A stretch of DNA of 63,837 bases, counting the filler, from Lenisia limosa (Eukaryota; Protista; Breviatea): the NCBI GenBank assembly GCA_001655205.1. It is 13 parts of 13 records of this genome, joined end to end, with 100 filler letters (N's around TTAATTAATTAA, not from the genome) between each part and the next. Parts side by side here need not be neighbours in the genome. Positions count along the whole stretch, not along the records: positions 19,544 to 28,922 come from LPNZ01010745.1; positions 29,023 to 34,450 come from LPNZ01000262.1; positions 34,551 to 37,544 come from LPNZ01001212.1; 10 more parts are not named here. One strand, 5' to 3'. The notes under the pieces were generated by a model. The model was not told where the DNA came from and did not search any database. It worked only from the letters and a program-made list of their open reading frames with translations. Position numbers and translations under genes: made by a program. The number at the start of each line of letters is the position of its first letter. The first letter of the stretch is position 1. This document shows positions 24,501 to 36,833 of this stretch, in pieces.

Positions 24501-27332
24501 CGTAAATAAGTCTGGTAAATTAGATGTCAGAGGATTGGAATGAAAATAAATCTGGAAATTTAGAAGGATTCTATGAAATTAATGTTGCAAGAAATTATTG
24601 TTAATACCCCCCCCCCCCTAGAAATGTAGTCTGAACGGAGATTCAGCAAGGAAATCAAAGCGAAGAAGAAACCAGAAAATGTCAAATCTAGCTTCCCNNN
24701 NNNNNNNNNNNNNNNNNNNNNNNNNNNNNNNNNNNTTCCTAAAGAAACCCCCCTCCCAACCATTGCCCCTCCAGCGGTCATGAAACTCAAAACAGCCGCA
24801 AGAGACCTAAAAACTGTAATTTATTAACGGGGAAAACTAGAAGTTTGACTGAAATGTTCAGCAGAAGCCGTTCCCTCCACGTTTGAAGGAATTGTGATTA
24901 GTAATGAATAGGGCAATTTCTTGAATAAGTGCAATTGTTTTATCCTCTTGAATTTCGTGTTGTGGTAGAAAAAAAAAAGAGTGAATTTCTCGATAAATCC
25001 TCGATAAATCCTCGATAACTATAGACTCCATGCAAATCGTTTTGTTTTGTAGTTAAGTCTCTAGTGAAACTAAGATCATAAAGATCCCACGTATAATGAG
25101 AAAGCCCACCTTTTTGACTTCCTCGCGAGTCCCACAACACCGTGTCCACTGGTACAGCCGCATCCCATCTGACAAGTGGTTATAACGCTATGGATTGGAT
25201 AAACGCGAGGGTGTGGAGATAAACGTAATTATATGCATAAACGTTTTGAAACATGTCAGGATTTATCGCGGATATTGGTATTTTTATAAGTTTATCATCA
25301 TTATTATCTGAAAAACGTGTACTGCCCGCATCCCATCTGGAGAAGGGTGAAAATCTTATTTTTTATTGTCTTTCATNNNNNNNNNNNNNNNNNNNNNNNN
25401 NNNNNNNNNNNNNNNNNNNNNNNNNNNNNNNNNNNNNNNNNNNNNNNNNNNNNNNNNNNNNNNNNNNNNNNNNNNNNNNNNNNNNNNNNNNNNNNNNNNN
25501 NNNNNGTGGTTATTACGCTATGGATTGGATAAACGCGAGGATGTGGTTTTATAAATGAATTGATATGTCATATTTGCACATTTCATCAGTATATACCAAT
25601 ACGAAATATCCGAGCCTTCCATATAAGGAATATCCGAGCCTACCATAGTTCCAAAGCCGACAAGGGCGCCGGCGGTCGCAATCCCTGGGGTGGTCAGCCC
25701 ATTGGACGCCTCGGATATAGCGCCGATCTGAGTGATCTAAAATGTCAATGTTTAAAGCAGGAAATCTCGGGGTGAAATGATTTTGGCTACTTTTGACCAA
25801 AATTCATGGATTTTTGGACTCGGTTGAGGTTACTCTTATCCCCCCCCCCCCCNNNNNNNNNNNNNNNNNNNNNNNNNNNNNNNNNNNNNNNNNNNNNNNN
25901 NNNNNNNNNNNNNNNNNNNNNNNNNNNNNNNNNNNNNNNNNNNNNNNNNNNNNNCCCGGATGATAGCATTCCTAAAGAGGTAAGGGGAAAGTAAATATCG
26001 AGACAACCTTCCTAAAGAGGTAAATAGAATATAATAATGAGGCAAACTTCCTAAAGAGGTAAGTGCGGAATATATATATTTAAGGCAACCTTCCTAATGC
26101 GGTCATCCCTTTTACCGCCAAGAAAGAGCCCCCTCCATGGTCGGCCTTCTCTGTTACGAAAGTACTGCGACACAATTCCCCTTGGAAGTTATTGGAGATA
26201 TTGGAGCACTACAATCTGTCAAATCATATTTCATTAGATGATGATCAGATTCCCCTAAAATTATTTGCGATACAATTTCCAAAGGCAGTTATTGGGGAAT
26301 AGTAGAAAAATTAGAGTACTGTAGTGGTAATTATCAATAAATAAATCAAATTTGTGAAATCATAATTTCGTGATGGCTGTTTTATCAAATGCCACTATCA
26401 AATTTAATTAGAGAACTGGGAAGTCTGAAAATTATCAACAAATAAAGTTTAACCTCCCCCTCCCCCCACGAAATGCCAGTAATTCGGCCATTAGCGAGTA
26501 GATTTGCTGACGTGGCACTTCCGATCATGCCTCCCCCAAGAAGCCCTAAAAATCAGTGTTAAAAAATATGACACATACTAGTATAAAATAAATCAGATCA
26601 TATCATAATATATCATCAAATTTATGCAATACGTTATAGATATATCACGAACAAAACAATTAGAGCTCCCTTTCTGTTTCAAAAAATCAGGGAAATATCG
26701 ATATTTGTCGTGGATTTATCGACAATTCAGTCTTTTGTTTTGGCATCGCTGTAATTATATCATAGTATCATATCATATAATAAATATTATAAGTCCAAAT
26801 TAAAACTCATTCCCTAATTTTCAATCATCAATAAATACCGGTATTGTTGATTTTTGACCCGAATGTGAAGTTTAAAAAGAAAGCACTCCAAAAAACTGAA
26901 TTTCTTGATAAATTATCGATAAATTTCGATATTTGACAGCTCTATATTTTGACTGTTGGGAAGCCCTATTTAGAAGTCATAGAAAGTAGCTATCCGAGAG
27001 TCCTTCCAAGGCAACAATAAAACCTCAAAATTACATTAAGATAAAATATACAAAAATGTATAGTGAAGCCAAAAAAATAATAAAAAAAAACACAAAATGT
27101 AATATTGGAGAGTGGTGAGATCGAAAAAAAGCACTGTGTTCGGAATCGAGCAAAATTCACATCACAGAGGACTTATCTTCTTCATCGTATTATAAAGAGT
27201 ATAATTGCTGCAATATAAAAGTTCTTACTATTCGTAATATGACGTAAAAAGTTTAAAGACAGTGGGATTCAGAGATGCAACCCCCCGACCAGCGAGGGGG
27301 GCAAACGCGGCGTTGATTGCCGGAAATGGCAT
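21594..27332 (-). CDS. Fused two-domain YeeE/YedE-family sulfur (thiosulfate) transporter (PmpA+PmpB-like), ~10 introns
   Basis: Exons: MPFPAINAAFAPLA / GLLGGGMIGSATSANLLANGRITGIS / ALVGFGT / MGCGCTSGHGVVGLARKSK / RSLAAVLSFMTAG / ...GSGLMMGAGLIVSGM / TDPSKVLGFLNITGTWDPSL / AMVMGGALGV...KFNLPTARDITLPLV / SALFGAGWGLGGVCPGPG...SM / IGGMTVYHISSKLRRKA*. GCTSGHG, WDPSL and GWGLxGxCPGP are YeeE/YedE-type signatures. Confidence 0.88.
21908..22007 (-). repeat. Family C U-rich interspersed element
   Basis: Minus-strand tttgtttgttttgttgttttcaaccctagtgtgctgtcagccaaaggagttgattttgagc..cataaattttccaattttactccccc. Other copies at ~19397, 28082, 36360, 47215, 48463, 52670, 55490, 59488, 60145, 63755. Confidence 0.8.
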
Positions 27333-27503
27333 GGTCTCCTGTTATCAATTTAAGTAACTTGTTAGCGCGAATGGTGCAGATTTCGAAGCTTCCTATAGGG
27401 GACCAAAGCGTATTTTTTGCAAGATCAACAATAAGTTGAAATACTGCGCTGCCGGCAGTTTATTCGGGCCAAATTTTCAAATTCTCTGCATCTATCTGCA
27501 ACT

Positions 27504-28586
27504 ATGCCACGTCTTAAACGAGGTAGCAGTCAACTCCACGATGATGTGGAGAAAGCCAAAAAACCGAAAGGACCGGTAGGGGTGCTGAGGCCTGGATTTC
27601 TCACTGCTGTAGCCCGTGTTGGACATGATTACGGAGCGAGTCGTTACCAGATTCTTAGCAGTAGCCGTTTTCCTTCTTATCTTCGTCTCAATTTCCCATG
27701 GTGAGCCAGTGTTTATGGTAGAATATTTTTATTCACTCCCCAGATATCCTCCCCAACTTCATCTTCGATCCTGTTCGCACGAAAGGTGACCCCAACACTG
27801 TGTCTCAGGTTTGAATGCTCTTCCGATGCTTTCCTTCTTCTTCTTTTTTTTGTGAGCGGATTAATCTCCTGCTGAGCAAGTGTTGCTGTGCTGTTTATCC
27901 ACATCACCCTTGGTTCAACCCAACGAAAGTGGTTTAAAACTTGATTCGTGAGTAAGGGTTTCATCAAATGGGCCTGCCAGGAATGTGAACATAAGCAATC
28001 TTCTTGGTGGCTTTAGCTGGGAACCGTTTGTCAAATAAAACGCGTTTATCCGGTATCCACAGTGATATGATGAGGCTTTGATGTTATCAACCCTCGTGTT
28101 GTCAGCCAACAGAGTTNNNNNNNNNNNNNNNNNNNNNNNNNNNNNNNNNNNNNNNNNNNNNNNNNNNNNNNNNNNNNNNNNNNNNNNNNNNNNNNNNNNN
28201 NNNNNNNNTCAGGTTTCTATTGCAGTGGAACCCGAGCTCGATGCCACAATTGGAGACTCCATGACCAAAGGATCCCTGCCTATTTCCGTATGCTGGGAGG
28301 CACGCAGAACGCTGTGTACACAGAGTAGTAAGGCAAATGATGGGTGAATTAGTATGATAATATAATTCAAAATACCTTATTCGTGATGGTGTGCACGGCT
28401 TCGGCCTGATACTACCTTGGTTTTTATTTCTCATTGCTATCTAACACCATGCAGGCATGGTTTCAAAACAGTGAAGGTTTTGGAATTGATGAACAAGAGG
28501 TTATTCTCGAAGCTAATCTCGTCTCACCGTCCTACCCAGATATGGTGACTTTGTGCAAAGAACTGAGTAAGCAGAAGGTCATGTAA
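27504..28586 (+). CDS. Small type-II single-pass membrane protein, possibly LEA_2/WHy-like beta-sandwich
   Basis: TM segment FLAVAVFLLIFVSISH, then ILPNFIFDPVRTK / ASVAVLFIHITL / RNVNISNLLGGFSWEP / VSIAVEPELDATIGDSMTKGSLPIS / AWFQNSEGFGIDEQEVILEANLVS...KQKVM*. Start (27504 vs 27625) uncertain; fold call is inference. Confidence 0.5.
28290..28432 (+). mobile_element. Family B short interspersed element (UUCG hairpin, Helentron/HINE-like 3' end); most complete unmasked copy
   Basis: gctgggaggcacgc..tgtacacagagtagtaaggcaaatgatgggtgaatta..gtgatggtgtgcacGGCTTCGGCCtgatactaccttggttttt. Related pieces at ~20505, 22480, 22770, 23910, 36556, 43018, 43175, 44648, 48095, 50232, 54448, 58545, 59975, 60903. 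Confidence 0.75.
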
Positions 28587-29022
28587 AAGTTCGAGTTTGT
28601 GATGCGCAACCCGACGCAATGAATCTATCCCGAATGTCTTCAGAATCAAATACTATTCTGATCATATAGCAGTATTTTTATTCTATTGATATTTATATAT
28701 TACATTATATTTTTTTTATTATACTATTTCATAAATACCCTATCCTATCCTCTAATGGAATCTATCAGACACTATATTATCTATTTTTTTTTGTTATTAA
28801 TTAAGTCGGTAACACGTACGCGCAACCAGACGCGAGGCTCTTATCCCGAATGGCGGCCCGGGCCACGCCCCTCTGCATGCCAAGCCTCATCAACAATATC
28901 AACACCACGTCTTCAATCGGCGNNNNNNNNNNNNNNNNNNNNNNNNNNNNNNNNNNNNNNNNNNNNTTAATTAATTAANNNNNNNNNNNNNNNNNNNNNN
29001 NNNNNNNNNNNNNNNNNNNNNN

Positions 29023-30374
29023 TCGGTGGCAAGGATTCAAGGAAAGGAGAGGGTCTATCGGAAGTGGGCGGAGAAGGAACGGGTGTTGTTGTCGGTTTCG
29101 GCGAGGAAAGGGTCGAATATGGCTTGCTAGTCGGCTGAAGGCGGGGACAGGGATGCGACTCTTCATTCCACGCCTTGATGGGCTCCAGTAGCTTCAGCAT
29201 CGTGTTGGCAACCACTGGATACGGTAATACCAAGACGTGCAGTATTGTAATTGGCTCATTATCTCTCATTGTTTTGAGGGATGGGTTAGTACATTCTTTC
29301 AGCAAAGACCAACCTAGGACACCTTCGTCTTGAAGACCGTCAAGCGCAACCGGTGGAATTTCAACTCCGGTCATTTTGACTCCGAGGAATAGACACGCTG
29401 CAACATGATGATGGAAGATGGTTCGATCTTGCTTGGCCACCGCTTACCATTGGCAATGTTTCGTGAAGCAAATCGAAGGCAAATGTCCGTCATCAGACTG
29501 TCGTTGTAGAAACTCCAAGCTGTCTGGATGATTTTCCTCACTGCTCCCTTTTCAACAGTTCCTGCGAGGGTCACATGAGCAAAGTAAAGCAGATTTGGGA
29601 TCTGGAGCATACCATTGAGGCTTTCAGCGAATTTGAGGATGATGTTGTACGCGTGATTGACCGATAAATCAAAATCAAGGGTCTTGGGTGGTGAAAGCAG
29701 GAGGGTATTGAATGTCGAAATCAGTTACCCCAGCAAAGTCCCTCTCACCTGGAGAAGCTTCCTCTCATGAGCAACCGCCATGTGGCGAAGGTCAATGTAC
29801 TCCTGAGACTCTTCAAAGCAACCAAGCTTTCTCTGTTTGGGTAAGGAAATGTTGATGAAATGGTTTGCTTACCCCCTCATCCGCAGAGACGGACTTCAAG
29901 TCGATTTTGTGCTGCAACGCAAAGGAGGATATCAAGAACTAGACAGTCAACACTTCTAACCATGAGGGCCTCTTACGTGTGAAATCTTTTTGGGGGTGTC
30001 TTCACACTTGGCACCTAGGAATAGTGCACCAAGGCAGACAAGCTACAGGGATTAAAAAAGACAAGAAGCCAAACTTACATAGGGGTCATAGTCAGAGTAG
30101 GAATGGATGGTAAAGAAACGATGAAAGAACACTGCAGCTGTAGCAATCACCCAGGATGGTCTGAAGGGTAAAAAGAGGCCTCTCAAAAAGAAAACTTACA
30201 AATCAGCCTTCTTGCCAAGCTGCCTTATGAAGTCAATAAAGGTACATCTGTTCTGGAAAAGCTTTTCAGCATTAATGTCTTTCGTCTGTGGGGGGTAAGA
30301 AGAATGAAAGAGCGGCCTCAAACTCGTATGGCAAGGTCATCTTCTTTGAAGATCCACTTCGCTTCAAAACTCAT
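29023..30374 (-). CDS. Transcriptional cyclin, cyclin T/K family; 3' end runs into a contig gap
   Basis: MSFEAKWIFKEDDL / RCTFIDFIRQLG / VIATAAVFFHRFF / LVCLGALFLGAKCED / TLDFDLSVNHAY / IIQTAWSFYND / HHVAACLFLGVK; Pro/Ser-rich tail. Confidence 0.88.
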
Positions 30375-30538
30375 TTCTAATCGTTCTTATGCCCAAACAT
30401 GGGCTGATAAATGCTGAAAATGGATACACACTTGTGAAAACGTTTCCAATCAAGAAATCGAAAAGTGGATACTGAAAGTTACGAGATGAAACAATAAGAG
30501 TGGATTAATCAGATTGAATTAATGGAAAACAGGCCTTT

Positions 30539-32830
30539 ATGAAGAAAAAAAAAAAAACTAAAATGTGTACACTGTGAGTTTTATACTATTTTATACTATT
30601 GTTTTTTGAAGAAAGTAGGGAAAGTAGGAAGTAGTAGCAGGCTGCTAGCACTGAAGAAATAAACAGGATTGTGTTGAGAACTGGAGAATGGTTCCCCCTC
30701 CCGCAAATCTTGGAAAGCTAAGCCTTCCATTCAATATCCCTCATGACACTGAGAAGAAGTAAGCATATGTATTCAGATATACCAGGTGCCCTTCCGGATT
30801 TCTTCCTCCCTCTCTGATTCTTCTTACTCTGTAGTTCTATCGTTGAAGTAGAACGGGTTGATTCTCATAGTTTCCCCATTCAGGTTAGAAGAGATATTAA
30901 TATGAAATTGGGTCATTGTGAGAGTGTTGACTGACTTCCCCAGCTCCGCGGAAAGGAGATAACCATTGATGAAAAGGACCTTGTGGTTATCCAAAGACTT
31001 GGCCAAGGCTCACAGGTTGGTGGCAGGCTTTACTACCTTCTTTTCTGGGGTGTTGATATTGAACTTATCCTCGTAGGGGTATGTAGAACTAGTGAAGCAT
31101 CGTGGAACTGGAATTCTTTTCGCCAAAAAGGTTTGTGCTTGATTTGTCCATATTCAATCTATTTTCAATCTGTTCATTCTATTCTAATTTGGCCACTAGG
31201 TTGTTCGTACTGGGCTGAACAACGTTGCTTTTGAAGCGGTCCAAACTGAACATGCCTCTCTTGTGAACTGCAGCTGTCTTTATATCGTTGCTCTCTATTC
31301 CGCTTTTGCTGAGTGAGGGGAAAACCAAGGGGGAAAAGAGAATTGAGTTATATGTTGTGAATGACCAATGATTAATAATTTTCTTTCAGCGTTTCACAAC
31401 AATTTACGTACTTCCCTCAGGGACCAGTGCTACACGTTCATGCTCGAGTATATGGACGGTGGAACTTTAGCGGACATTATCAAAAACAAGGGTGCTCTAC
31501 CTGAAAAAGTCATTGCAAGAATTTTGAAAGATGTTTGCGGGCTTTTTTCTTTGTTAGACCGAGAAGCATATAATATTTGACAGGTACAAGGTGAAGTAAT
31601 TGACACTTCTAGGCTCTTCGGGGTTTGAAAGAGATCCACAAGGCCAAGATTATTCATAGAGATATCAAGCCCTCCAACATTCTCCTTTCAGCTTCAAGTG
31701 GAATTGTGAAAGTTTGCTATTGTCCACATCTTTTTTCAGCAATTTTGTCTGTGTGATATTGTTGTTTTTTTCAGAATAAGAATTTTTATTTGGCAATCCT
31801 GGAATGGGAGAATAATTGCTTCAGATTGCAGACTTTGGTGTGAGTCGAGAGATTGAGCCTCAATATAGCGCCGCACAGTCCTTTGTCGGTACTGCAACGT
31901 ACATGGCTGTATGGGGTTGTTTGGAAAACATATTTATCAACCCTACTTTTTGTGATCTTGTGCAACACTAACCATTTCAGCCCGAAAGACTGAAGGGTGA
32001 TAACTACACAAGGTCAAGTGACATTTGGGCGTAAGCATCAAATGTCTTTTTGTTTTAAACCCAGTATAAAATTTTCATTCTCGTGAAAACCTTTTTCGCA
32101 TTGTATAGACTATTCCTTGTTCTTTTCATTTGCAATATTGTTGATGCATACTTGCGTTCTGTTAATACCTTTAGGCTCGGACTCGTGGTTTTGGAGTGTA
32201 GCCTTGGAGCTTATCCATTCCCAACTTGTCAAGTTTTGGAGGTTTGGAATTAAAAGATTGCTGTAGTCCAAGATGTCCTATCATTACAATTACCAACCTT
32301 CTATTGCAGGAATATCGAAATAAAAGGGTGCATCGGACTAAAGCAACCAACACCAGTCATATGATATGATTAGTAATTAGAAATAATATCAGGGTTTGTT
32401 GTCTTCTTTGGAACCCTTTCTTGTAAATCCCTTTTATTTGTATTGACCACAGCTGATGCAATCGGTATGTGACTCACCCCTCCCCAACCCGCCGCCATCA
32501 GCATCAACCGACTTCAAGGACTTCCTTGGGTGCATGTGGGTGGTGTGCCCTCGCTTTTACCCGAGGCAATATTTATATTTATTAGATTTATTTCAGTCTT
32601 CTTATTCTTTGTATTTTTTTTTTTTTATGAAGCACTGTCTGTAATCTGATGAGTTTCAGGCTCAATAGAGATCCTTCAGGCCGCAAAAAGGCGAGCGAGT
32701 TACTTGTATGCTCGGTGATACTTTTTTTGTTTGTTTGTTTGAAGGAAATTTGTACATACTTGGGAAGCATATCTAAACGTCCTCCAACAAAGATTGATAT
32801 TTGGATTATGAGAAAACCAGTTTTTTTTTG
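30539..32830 (+). CDS. MAP kinase kinase (STE7/MEK-like)
   Basis: Basic N-terminus MKKKKKTK (tentative D-site); [86 protein letters not shown]. Both ends approximate. Confidence 0.9.
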
Positions 32831-33467
32831 GGACTGAAGTGAAACCCTAATTATTATGTCATATGTGGTAGTCAAATCTATCAGATCGCATTTCTGTTTT
32901 GTTACATTTTTAGCGCCATCCTTTCACATCAAAAGCATGTACACAGGAGGAACTCAAGATCTTCATGTCATCATGACATTAACAATTCTCTCTATGGTTG
33001 CTCTATTTTTGTTTCTTTGTATTTTGGTTTCAGGTGGTCAGTTTATTTTGAATGCTTTTTGAGGATGAGCGAGGTACGATCCAAATGGTTTATGTAACAT
33101 TTGATGATGCCTGCTTTGAATTGGAAAGCAATTTTGGTTAATACAGAGTAGATGTCTCAAACACGTTTTTATTGTTATGTGCCTTTATTTTTCACAAGTT
33201 ATATTATTCTTTCATCTTTATTCACATTATTCAATCTGAGTAACTAAATAATATTGAAATATTCATACATGACAACTTGACAGCCAATGTCAACAAAGAC
33301 GAGATGTGTGTTGGGTGCTGTACTTAAAACTCAAAATCTCAAAAAAAGGTTTTGGTTTTTGGTTATTGGGAGGATTTTGTCACAATAATAGAGTAATAAT
33401 ATATACTACTATTTTGTGAGATTGTTGAGCAGAAATAACGAAGAAGAGCCTTTTGCACCAAGAAACA

Positions 33468-34345
33468 ATGGTTTTTGAATTCCCAAGCTACTATTCCCAG
33501 CCTCCTTTCTTTACGTAAGCTTTGAGGCCATTTTAATTGTGATATTCAGGATCCAACCGGTTGTGGAGACACAAGCTCGCCAACTCGAAATGTGGAGGGA
33601 CTTGATCATCTCTTATACCAAGGACAAAGCCATGACTGTTATGGTATGGCATCTTTGTTTTGTAGTTGAATATAAGACAATTAGTAGATGAAGGAAGATC
33701 CCATATCTGGAATTCTCTTGGATTCCGATTTACTGATAAATATAGGAAGTCTCAAAAGCACTGGAAGGGGAACTTTTCAACAATGCCTCTATCTCAAGAA
33801 GACTCAGCCAGGCCGACAGTCTTGTTGTCATGGACTTTTTAGTAACAACTGGTACGCCTTTGAAGGACAAAAACTACAAGTATAATTGTCTCAAAGCGTA
33901 TGTTATTTTTGCTTAACTGCAGTCATTCGTGTGTAATAATCCCCCTTAGGATACGCTGAGTGGCTTGACGATGGCAAAGAAAGGGCTCTCGTCATGTGGA
34001 GAAAACCTGACGAATGGGCTAATATCATCTTTAACTGGGTGGGCAAAAATATATAATTTCCAGTACGATTATATTCATATCTTAATTGAAAGTTAGAAAG
34101 AAATTGATATGAAATTTATTATTGTGTTATTGGGGAGTGCAGTGGAACAAGTGTATTCATCCCAATCACCATCACTGCTGTACAAAAGATTTTTCATCCC
34201 CTTTCTCACTGTTACATATTTTTCTTTTTATTGTTCAAAATAATTTGTTATTGATGTTCTTATTTGCAGGTTGATTCCAGTGGTTCAACAGACACCGTGT
34301 TTACTGTTTTTGATCTTCTCAATGGAGATGACACGGAGGATGAAG
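33468..34345 (+). CDS. VPS25: ESCRT-II subunit VPS25 (last exon lost at contig end)
   Basis: MVFEFPSYYSQPPFFT-IQPVVETQARQLEMWRDLI; AEWLDDGKERALVMWRKPDEWANIIFNW; TVFTVFDLLNGDDTEDE. Confidence 0.92.
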
Positions 34346-34655
34346 GTGGGAGAGGGTTACAAACTTGAACCTAAGAATAATAAGCTGAAGAAATGGATGA
34401 AGGTGAAGGAAGTGTCTGCCTTTTTTTACCAACAGTTTTGGGGTATTATTNNNNNNNNNNNNNNNNNNNNNNNNNNNNNNNNNNNNNNNNNNNNTTAATT
34501 AATTAANNNNNNNNNNNNNNNNNNNNNNNNNNNNNNNNNNNNNNNNNNNNCTGTTTCGAAACCCAATGCTCTGGATAAAGCGAGAAGTGGCGCACTTTCA
34601 GAGGCTTGCTTTATGCAACATCTAGCTGCATTATGTCGCAACATTCATTCCCATA

Positions 34656-35633
34656 ATGTTTTCTACCTTTCAAGCTGCCGGTCTCATTATCACTGAGGAC
34701 GCTATTACCATTTCCCCATGGGAAGTTGTCAAACACCTCCCCAACCCTGACGTCGCCTTCACCGTCCCCCTCCAGTACACTCCTCGTAACACCCTCTACT
34801 CCGCCCTCCTCACCACTGACGAAGCCATTGCAGGATATGCAGCTGCCAAGCCGATCGACAACACTGAGGCTGATTGGGCCCTTATCAAGCAGTACATCAA
34901 GAAGATTGACAACCGAGCGTGAGATCTTCGTCAACGACTTCACCAATAACACTCTTCCCTGGTCGACCCGTGGCAGTGTTGAGCCCGACCAAAAGAATTG
35001 ACCCCTGAGGAGAATGTCCCCCTGATCTGTCACCGTCTTCAGGCCGCTAACATTGAGACTCAGTCCATCAAAGAGATGATGCTTGACGTGAAGAAGCGAA
35101 CAATTGAGGTTTGATGACTGTTGAATTTCTGTACAGAGGGTAGTGAATTCATACTTTAACTAATATTTGTAGAACCGCCACCTTGCTGATGAGAAGAAGA
35201 GGACCACACTCGCTCGTGAAACTGGATAATACGGAAGGATAAAACGATTTTGATATCTAAAAAAATGATTACTAATCCCCTTAGATTAACCAAGCTCAAG
35301 AAGGAGACCCAAATCCTACCATGCAGCCAACTAAGGTAATGCCCTTTGGACAGGTCAATGTCCAACCCGTTCCCTAGAGAAGGACATTGACATGATTTGA
35401 AAGGACAAAATGGTGGTTTGCACTCATGTACTGCTTGCTTTTTTTGCATATTCCCTAAATTCAGCTCTTCTGTGATTGCACTCAGACTGGGGGACTTATG
35501 TGTAATATATATACAATATGATACACAGTATACTTTATTAATGTTCACAAAAACAAATAGTTGAAACGTCTTGCCTACGAGGAAGCCTCAATCGTCAAAA
35601 AGCCGTATCCAAGGAAACGGCAGTTTTGTAGCT
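34656..35633 (+). CDS. Hypothetical protein fragment with C-terminal coiled coil
   Basis: Open, GC-richer frame FQAAGLIITEDAITISPWEVVKHLPNP...KKIDNRA, then spliced RPKELTPEENVPLICHRLQAANIETQSIKEMMLDVKKRTIE / NRHLADEKKRTTLA / RLTKLKKETQ. Confidence 0.45.
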
Positions 35634-36049
35634 GAAGAACAAATATCGATTTTCCCTCCCGACTTGGGAACTGAAAAGATGCTCAATTGCTGTATTATAA
35701 TTTATCACACCTGTACTTATTAAACCTATTTCTATTATCTTTGAAAAGTAAACCTAATAAATGCATACAACCCTGCGAAAATTAGGGGATAGAAATAAAA
35801 AACAAAGTAAAAGATGAGAGGGATTGTCCTTATGATATATTTCATATACATAGTTATGATTCGGGGGTGGGGGTGGGGAGGGTGAGGATATTAATCCTTT
35901 TCAACAAAACAAAAACAGCATATTGGAAAAAGAAGCCAAGTTTGACAATTGATAATTAACATCAGTAAATACTAAACAGCAGCGAGTGCTAAAACACTCA
36001 TCTTTATTCAATCTGTTCTTATTGTTAATCTGTTTCGTAGATTTTATTT

Positions 36050-36833
36050 TAAAGTAATTGTTCTCGCTACCAAAAAATAATCCCTTAACCTACATAAGTG
36101 CCGAGCTCTTTGAACGTCTCAATTTCCATAAACTTTGCTTGGAACCGTGAATTTCATGGATGTACCAAGTCCACATATTTTTTTTAAAAAAACCAACAAA
36201 TAGCTATTGCATTATTTTTATTACCTAGTTTCTTGAAGATAAAATACAACCTTGTTTCAACAATATGTATACAAAGTCGGATTATTGGTCAAAAATACGA
36301 TTCTAGCAAGACTCAAATTTGGATCTTAGTCCTTAAAACAGGAGTGAAGGATTTGATGAATAAAGCAAAACAATCAACTCTGTTGGCTATGCCTTTGAGA
36401 AACAGACTGTCAGCAGCCTCTATCTCTAGTAGCGATTCCCATCACAGCAAATCCAAACACCCACAATTTCAGGGAGTCTCTCATAGAATGGAACGTCTTG
36501 TTTTGTTGTTGTTCCGAGGAGATTCCTAACAATTGTTAAATGCAAGATTAGCTTATGCTGGGGAGGCACGCTGTGTGTGCACAGAGTTGTAAGGCAAATG
36601 ATTGGGTGAATTAATATTATACTACAATCCAAAATTTCTTATAAGCCGGAAATCCAGTCTTTTTTGGTACAGTAGGGAAGCCTTAATTGTTTCCACCCAC
36701 TCTGTTTCATCAAATCACACCTATTTTTCAGCACCCCCCACAAGCCTTCTCTATCACTCCTTTCCTCTCTAAGCATTGCAAAGACGCGTATTGCCAATGA
36801 CGTTACTGCAGGGAGAACGTGTATATCAGTCAA
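36050..36833 (-). CDS. Possible exons of a hypothetical gene
   Basis: Short frames bounded by splice-like sites (LAIRVFAMLREERSDREG|gtgggg; ttAG|NLLGTTTKQDVPFYERLPEIV). Model incomplete. Confidence 0.3.

Noticed and set aside
34900-35010. Apparent in-frame TGA codons suggesting readthrough or a variant genetic code
   Set aside because: Resolved by an intron ending at gttgAG|cccga; conserved genes (MAP2K, VPS25, CLPTM1) translate cleanly with the standard code.
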